Below, piece after piece: positions 56,706 to 64,000 of a stretch of DNA of 64,000 nt. The translations under genes and the position numbers were made by a program. The stretch covers positions 23,064,001 through 23,128,000 of the forward strand of contig NC_043010.1 of NCBI RefSeq assembly GCF_006345805.1. Direction: 5' to 3'. Below the pieces are notes generated by a model, which was not told the origin of the DNA, did not search any database, and saw only the letters and a list, made by a program, of their open reading frames with translations. Each line of letters starts with the position of its first letter. Position 1 is the first letter of the stretch. This DNA comes from Octopus sinensis (taxonomy: Eukaryota).

Positions 56706-57275
56706 AGGCGGCGAGCTGGCAGAAACGTTAGCACGCCGGGCGAAATGCTTTCGTCCGCCGTTACATTCTGTGTTCAAATTCCGCCGAGGTCGACTTTCAT
56801 ACTTTCGGGGTCAAAAGTACCAGTTACCAATTCCGATCTGGGGTCGATTAAATAAGTACCAGTTACGCTCTGCGGTCGATATAATCGTCTTAATCCGTTT
56901 GTCTCTCCATGTTTGTCCCCTCTGTGTGTAGCCCCATGTGAGCAGTAACGAAATAAGAAACTTTAACACGCCGGGCGAAATGCTTACCGGTATTTCGTCT
57001 GCAGCTACGTTCTGAGTTCAAATTCCGCCGAGGTCGACTTTGCCTTTCATCCTTTCAGGGTCGATAAATTAAGTACCAGTTACGCACTGGCGTCGATATA
57101 ATCGACTTAATCCGTTTGTCTGTCCTTGTTTGTCCCTTCTGTGTTTAGCCCCTTGTGGGTAGTAAAGAAATAGGTATTGCGTCTGTCTTTATGTTCTCAG
57201 TTTAAATTCCACGGAGGTCGACATTGGCTTTCATCCTCTCGAGATTGATAAATTAAGTAGCAGTTGTGTATTGTA
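56706..57275 (+). mobile_element. Tandem cluster of three SINE family B units
   Basis: gagttcaaattccgccgaggtcgac-like block recurs at ~56775, ~57015 and ~57200. Confidence 0.85.
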
Positions 57276-57964
57276 GTCGACACAAATACATACACACATA
57301 CATGTGCATACATACATAGTTACAATGACCACATCATTGATTTTATCTAAATTCCAATGTCATTGCTCTGTGTCTGGGTTAAAAACTGGTTCCTTATTGG
57401 TGAGAAATTTTTAAAATATATCCCGCAAAACATGCATTCATGCATACACATACACACATACAAATACTTACCTAAAATTATATACACACACATGCACATA
57501 CAGACAGACATAAATGCATACATGCATAAACATGAACAGTTTCATGTAAGAAATCCAGCCAAATGTATGCTGTGTTTTGTTTACGTCATCTGCTTCTTAT
57601 ACACAGAGCGAAATTGTGTTCAGTAATTATAGAAGTAGTACTCACTGATTATTTCCAGATGCTTCGTATTTGTGCAATGGTGAGCAATAGAGCTTCCTGT
57701 AAGCTTCTGTAATCCTACATCATAAGATCAAATATACATGCAGACGAAGGCGTCTGCATTTGGAAGCATAGACGACACGACACACACGCGCGCGCGGTCC
57801 ATAGAGTGGGCAAGCGATCATGGGTTGCGATCTATTACACAGTTGCTTGATTTGGTAAGAATAACTGCCACAACATCTACAAGAGGTCTTCTCAAATTAT
57901 ACCCTGCTGTCTTTAAGGATGCTTTAGATAGATTATGCTTTAAAATGTTGGCACAAAGACAGTA

Positions 57965-58145
57965 ATTTCAAGGGATAGGGTAATCCGGTTAACGTCAACC
58001 TCAGTGCACAACTGGTACTTAATTTATCGATTCCGAAAGGACAAAATGCAAAGTCGACCTCGACAGAATTTTAGCTCAAAACAAAAAGACGGATGAAATG
58101 CCACTAAGCATTTTGTCCGGCGATTTAACGATTCTACCAGTTTGC
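57965..58145 (-). mobile_element. SINE family B, diverged
   Basis: Reverse-complement similarity to family B. Confidence 0.65.
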
Positions 58146-58189
58146 CGCTTTATGGAAGCTTTAAATAATGTCGTGGCACTCCGTCGGTT

Positions 58190-58540
58190 ACGACGACGAA
58201 GGTTTCAGTTGATCCGATCAACAGAACAGCCTGCTTGTGAAATTAACATGCAAGTGGCTGAGCACTCCACAGGCACATGCACCCTTAACGTAGTTCTCGG
58301 AGAAGATTCAGCGTGACAGAGTGTAACAAGGTTGGCCCTTTGAAATACAGGTACGACACAAACAGGAAGAGTGGGAGAAAGTTGTGGTGTAAGAGTACAG
58401 CAGGGTTCGCCACCACCCCTGCTGGAGCCTCGGGGAGCTTTAGGTGTTTCCGCTCAATAAACACGCTCAGCACCCGGTCTGGGAATCGAAACCGTGATCC
58501 TATGACCGCGAGTCCACTACCTTAACCACTGGGTCATTGC
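58190..58540 (-). mobile_element. SINE family C
   Basis: Shares tttaggtgttt.cgctcaataaacac and ccgcgagtcc.ct.cc with 40485-40770. Confidence 0.75.
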
Positions 58541-59034
58541 AATCCCCTTTAGATAATGTTGTGTTCAGTATTAATACTTGTTAGAAGAAAGAGACATGCA
58601 ACTCCAGGAAGTGGAAAACAAAGAGCAGATAACTGTGATGGGACATGATCACCTGTGTCCTACATTCTGGTCATGACACCTAAAGCGAAAAAGTGCTAAG
58701 TACACTTAAGTCTGAATAAAAGCCAAGTTGGTTACCATTTGGTAGCATTCAAATGTTCAATCAGTGCTCAACAACAGCTGAAGAACAAATGGAGACTACG
58801 TGCGTATATCTACTCGATCGTAAGAATAACAGCTAACCCTCCTTCCTTCGTAGAACATTCTAGCGTTTTGTCAAGAGATAGTTCATTACTCCATTTTTAT
58901 CGACCCCGGGATTTGAAATCAACATGTGAAGAACCAGAAAAAATACTGCAAAGCATTGCTTTTGCGACATTAATGAATCTGCCAGCTTGCTGCTGTAAGA
59001 AGCGTTACAAGAATTCATTATTAGAGATCAGAAG

Positions 59035-59312
59035 AAGGCGGCGAGCTGGCAGAAACGTTAGCACGCCAGGCGAAATGCATAGAGGTATTTCCGTCTGCCA
59101 CTACGTTCTGAGTTCAAATTCCGCCGAGGTCGACTTTGCCTTTCATCATGTCGGGGTCGATAAATTATGTACCAGTCAAGCACTGGAGTCGATATAATCG
59201 ACTTAATCCATTTGTCTGTCTTTGTTTGTCCTCTCTGTGTTTAGCCTCTTGTGAGTTGTAAAGAAATAGGTATTTCACCTGTCTTTACGTTTTGAGTTCA
59301 AATTCCGCCGAG
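59035..59312 (+). mobile_element. SINE family B (one and a half units)
   Basis: ggcggcgagctggcagaaacgttagcacgcc... Confidence 0.85.
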
Positions 59313-59401
59313 GAATAATAATGATAATAATAATGATAATAATTTCTTTTATTACCCACAGGGGCATAGATGAAGGGGACATCACGAGGACAAGCAACAA
59401 T

Positions 59402-59435
<34 letters not shown>

Positions 59436-59884
59436 TAATGTGTGTGTGATATAATAATATCTTGCAAATGTAACGGAAGTCCTTCTGTATCAATATCTAA
59501 TAAAATATTTAAACCGTTAGACTTGGTCCCATTGGCAGTGAGTCACAGTTTTAGTGAGCGTTTTATTTTCTTTTAATGCTTATAATCTCATTAAAAATGC
59601 AAACACCATCTGTGCGGGTGGGTGGGAGTGTATGTGTGGCTATTACGCTCCGTATTCGCCTCGCCCTGCGTTTTATTCTACTCCCACGTCTGTTGAGTTC
59701 TAATAACAACTGGTTGTGTGCTAAGAACCGCATGGTTTCGGGTACGGTCACACTGCGTGGCAGCTTGGGTATGAGTCTTCAACTGTAGCCCTGGGCCCAC
59801 CGAAGCATTGTGAGTGGATTTGATAGACGTAATCTGAAAGCGCGTATATGTTCCCGCGTTTGTGTGAGTGTGTGTGTGTGCGTG

Positions 59885-59917
<33 letters not shown>

Positions 59918-60094
59918 GTGTGTGCGTGTGTGTGCGTGTGTATTTTATGCTTGTGTTTGCCCTCACCACCGCTTGTTGGTAAGAGGCAAAAATGTCTCAG
60001 TAACTTAGTGAGACAGACAAGACAGAGCATTCTGAAATACACGTGTCCCAGAATTCCTTGCACCAATGAGCAGTGAGAGTTATGAAGACATTTC

Positions 60095-60305
60095 TCTACA
60101 CTAGGCACAAGGCTCGAAATTTTGTGGGAGGGGCCAGTCGATTAGATCGACCCTAGTACGCAACTCGTACTTAATTTATCGACTCCGAAAGAATGAAATG
60201 CAAAGTCGACCACGGTGCAATTTGAACTGAGAACGTAAAGACAGGCGAAAAGCCGATGTGAAATTTCACCCGGCGTGCTAACGTTTCTGCCACCTTGCCG
60301 CCAAG
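60095..60305 (-). mobile_element. SINE family B
   Basis: Reverse-complement similarity. Confidence 0.75.
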
Positions 60306-60820
60306 AGTTATGAAGACACTGACGGCGCAAATGAGAGAAATCATTCTCCTGTGACATAAACAACAGCGATTTGTATATTTTGGGTCGTTCGAATCTAACG
60401 GAATGTATTAGGAATAAATATGAAAGTCATCGTTTCTTTTATTCTTAGTTTTTTACTTGCTCCAGTCACCGGACTGCATCGAAGACTATGAGGTGCACCT
60501 TCCGGTACCTGACCGATATGTTAAATGTATATAAACAAAATGAGCCGATTGTCAAATGGTGGAGCACAAACATGATATATACACACGTGCACACATAAAT
60601 ATATAAATAGTAGATAAATAGATAGAAAGGCAAATAGACAGATAACATAGATAAATAGATAGTTGGGTAGATAGCTAAATAGACAGATACATGGATATAT
60701 CCGGCTTTTAAGTTAGCCCCTCGGGAGGGTTCTTCATTGGACCCTGGGCCCAACAATGACACTCCATGTATTGAGTACATATTAAATTCTATTAAACTCG
60801 ATCAATATTTTTCAAGTAAT

Positions 60821-60982
60821 GGCACAGGAGTATCTGTGTGGTAAGTAGCTTGCTTACCAACCACATGATTCCGGGTTCATTCCCACTGCGTGGCACCTTG
60901 GGCAAATATCTTCTATTATAGCTTCGGACCGAACAAAGCCTCGTGAGTGGATTTGGTAGACGGAAACTGAAAGAAGCCAGTC

Positions 60983-60984
<2 letters not shown>
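60821..60984 (+). mobile_element. SINE family A head
   Basis: ccgggttcattcccactgcgtggcaccttgggcaaatatcttc... Confidence 0.85.
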
Positions 60985-61016
<32 letters not shown>

Positions 61017-61018
<2 letters not shown>

Positions 61019-62046
61019 TCACAATCAAGGAACGGCCATAATAGGCCATTCACCCACTAGAAATAACAGCCAAAGCTTCAACCGCAAAATAACATTAATT
61101 CCGTAAACCAGGAGAAAATTAAAAAACATTTACCCTGTAATTTCTTATACGATGCACCGCCTCATCTACTGTTTAATGGTAAACTAACCTGATTAAATTA
61201 AATCAAGCCAATCTTCCATAGCCCTTAGAATCGTCAGTAAGAAATAGCCAGATCGGAACAGATATTTTCACGAGGCATTTCTGTCCCTGCCTCGGCAATA
61301 TCTGACCTAAAATTTTCAAATCATCGCACTCGCGCCAAATTTATCGGCAGCAAATAAATATAAGCCGCCGATTCCATTACGGAATTAACCAGAAAATTCA
61401 TAATTAATCAATATAGGGTGGCAAAAAATTTTGTAGAATTTTTTTGCCGTTCCTTGATTGTGATGTTGAACTTAAAAATGGTCTATGACTATTTAATTTT
61501 TTCCCACTAGGTCCCTGGTGGCAAAAAAATCTACAAAATTTTTTGCCACCCTATATTGATTAATTATGAATTTTCTGGTTAATTCCGTAATGGAATCGGC
61601 GGCTTATATTTATTTGCTGCCGATAAATTTGGCGCGAGTGCGATGATTTGAAAATTTTAGGTCAGATATTGCCGAGGCAGGGACAGAAATGCCTCGTGAA
61701 AATATCTGTTCCGATCTGGCTATTTCTTACTGACGATTCTAAGGGCCTATGGAAGATTGGCTTGATTTAATTTAATCAGGTTAGTTTACCATTAAACAGT
61801 AGATGAGACGGTGCATCGTATAAGAAATTACAGGGTAAATGTTTTTTAATTTTCTCCTGGTTTACGGAATTAATGTTATTTTGCGGTTGAAGCTTTGGCT
61901 GTTATTTCTAGTGGGTGAATGGCCTATTATGGCCGTTCCTTGATTGTGATGTTGAACTTAAAAATGGTCTATGACTATTTAATTTTTTCCCACTAGGCCG
62001 CTGGTGGCAAAAAAATTCTACAAAATTTTTTGCCACCCTATATTGA

Positions 62047-62055
<9 letters not shown>
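61017..62055. mobile_element. Unclassified hairpin-rich 486-nt unit present as tandem and inverted copies
   Basis: ~123-bp direct repeat at 61446 and 61932 (period 486); 61017-61449 is the reverse complement of ~61524-61950. Confidence 0.85.
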
Positions 62056-62142
<87 letters not shown>

Positions 62143-62230
62143 TAATCCAAACAAGAAAACAAAAAGACAACAACGCGAGGATGTGGAACAAATAAAGTAT
62201 TATTGGACGCTCAGGAAAGAAGGGAAGAAG

Positions 62231-62265
62231 GTATGACGTTTCGAGCGGAGCTCTTTGTCGGAAAC
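62231..62265 (-). ncRNA. Degenerate U4C hammerhead (CCGACAA)
   Basis: GUUU-CCGACAA-A-GAGC(UCC)GCUC-GAAA-CG-UC-AUAC; C3-G8 pair broken. Confidence 0.5.
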
Positions 62266-62976
62266 ATAGGAGAAAGAAAGATCCCGAGGCGGGAGAACAG
62301 AGGGAAAAAAATTGCAGGTAGTCTTCACGAGGTCACATACTGAAAAGATGGAAGTGGTGAAAAAGGAGGAACATGTTTTTAAAAACAGGAGAGCTGAATC
62401 AAAGAAGGAATGGTAAAAAAAGGTGTGCGAGATGACAAGGGTGTATGTGTGAGTGTGTGCGTGTGTGTGTATGTGTGTGTATGGTGGACAATGGCTAGTA
62501 GCAGGCAGTAGTAGAATTAAAGGAGTGGTGTGGGGGTACCCTAGCAAGTCAGGAAGGCAGGTCAGAAACAGGGAGGTATATGTGTGTGCGTGTATATGTA
62601 TCGTGTGTGTGTTTTGTTGTAGTATGTGTGTGTGTACGTGTGCGTTTTTTTGTGTGTATGGCGAGTAACTGTGCTTAACTAAGTGTATGTGTGCGTGTGT
62701 GCTTGTACGTGCGTATATGTATAATTGTGTGAGTGTATGTATGTGTGTGCGTGTATGTATGTATGGTTGTGTGCCGTATGGGATGTATGTGTGGGTTCAT
62801 TTGTGTGTGTGTGCGTGTGTGTACAAAATGTAGGGGTTTATATGTGTGTTTATATGTTTATATGTGTGTATATATATGCATGCAAGGACACATTTCGCAA
62901 CTGAGAGACTGATGAAGAAGACTCTCGCAGTGAAGGGCGCATGCGAATCCCCAGGCACAACGCACACGCCCAGACG

Positions 62977-63020
<44 letters not shown>

Positions 63021-63543
63021 TTTGTCCTTCCAGCATCGTTTGAGAACCGATGCTGGTGTGTTTAAGTCCCCGTAACTTACCAGTTCGGCAAAAGAGGCCG
63101 ATAGAATAACTACTAGGCTTCCAAAGAATAAGTCCTGGGGTCGACAACCACTACCATCGCCACCACAACTGCCATAAACACACCATTCAGACTTCTGACG
63201 CAAGCACCACTTATGCCTTTGACTCCGACACCTTCCCGTCCACCACCATCACCACTGTCTTTCACATCAATTACTATCACTGTCAGCACTGACTGCTTCA
63301 GCTAACACCACCGCCACCTCCGCCTCTATCAAGACTACAGCTCATACTATTACTATCACCCCATTACCATCACAACTGTCAATCTACTACTGCCATCACC
63401 GTCTCTATGTTTACTATTACTTTCATCCTACCATGAGGAATAGTATAAGTGTCATTCAATAGTTGTGAGGTTGCAAAACGAACCTCACCACACAGCCATG
63501 CCTACACCTATATACGTATATATACATACATCTATACATATAT

Positions 63544-63940
63544 GGCGAAGGCGTGGCTGTGTGGTAAGAAGCATGCTTCCCAACCACATGGTACTAGGTT
63601 GAGTCCCACTGCGTGGCACCTTACGCAGGTGTCTTCTACTAGAGCCTTGAGCCGACCAAATCCCTGTGAGTGGATTTGCTAGACGGAAACTGAAACAAGC
63701 TCTTCGTATATATGTGTGTGTATACGTGTGTGTATTTGTGTGTGTATGTGTCTGTGTTTGTCTCCCCACCATCACTTGTCAACCAATGTTGGTGTGTTTA
63801 CGTCTCCGTAACTTAGCGGTTGATAGAATAAGTACTAAGCTTACAAAGAATAAGTCCTGGGGTTAATTGGTTCGACTAAAGGCAGAGTTCCATCATGGCT
63901 GCAGTGAAATGACTGAAACAAGGAAAAGAATAAAAAAATA
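63544..63940 (+). mobile_element. Composite SINE family A, complete
   Basis: Head, (TG)n spacer, full tail ending in A-rich repeats. Confidence 0.85.
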
Positions 63941-64000
63941 AAAGAATAAGAGAATAAAAGAATATATGTATATAAACAATAATAAATCTCCGAGTGAGGT

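Noticed and set aside
61725-61790. CUGACGA...GGAAG plus a 12-bp stem as a hammerhead
   Set aside because: Stem I cannot form and position 15.1 is G.

Overview
Repeat-dominated, AT-rich eukaryotic DNA, most likely an octopus genome. That assignment is inferred from the tRNA/CORE-like SINE families and the extreme (TA)n, (TAA)n and (TATG)n content. No intact host gene is recognisable, and almost all ORF-track entries are microsatellite translations. Recognisable elements are a near full-length RTE LINE (~6283-10297, -), R4/Dong-type RLE retrotransposons in (TAA)n tracts (~24996-28605 and ~29175-29775, -), a near-complete Penelope-like element (PLE) with pseudo-LTRs (~31642-35610, +), a deleted relative of it (~47480-49325, -), several further PLE endonuclease remnants, a CR1/L2-type 3' fragment, a mariner-type MITE and many SINEs. 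The main unannotated layer is about 18 type I hammerhead ribozyme (HHR) motifs found by eye; nearly all have a short palindromic stem III. Three unrelated fold-back elements carry a compensatory U3-A8 core (UUGANAA), and one of them has a 360-nt tandem/inverted unit resembling a retrozyme. One SINE family joins a tRNA-derived Pol III head to an HHR-containing PLE-type tail. All pairings and translations were done manually, and element boundaries are approximate.
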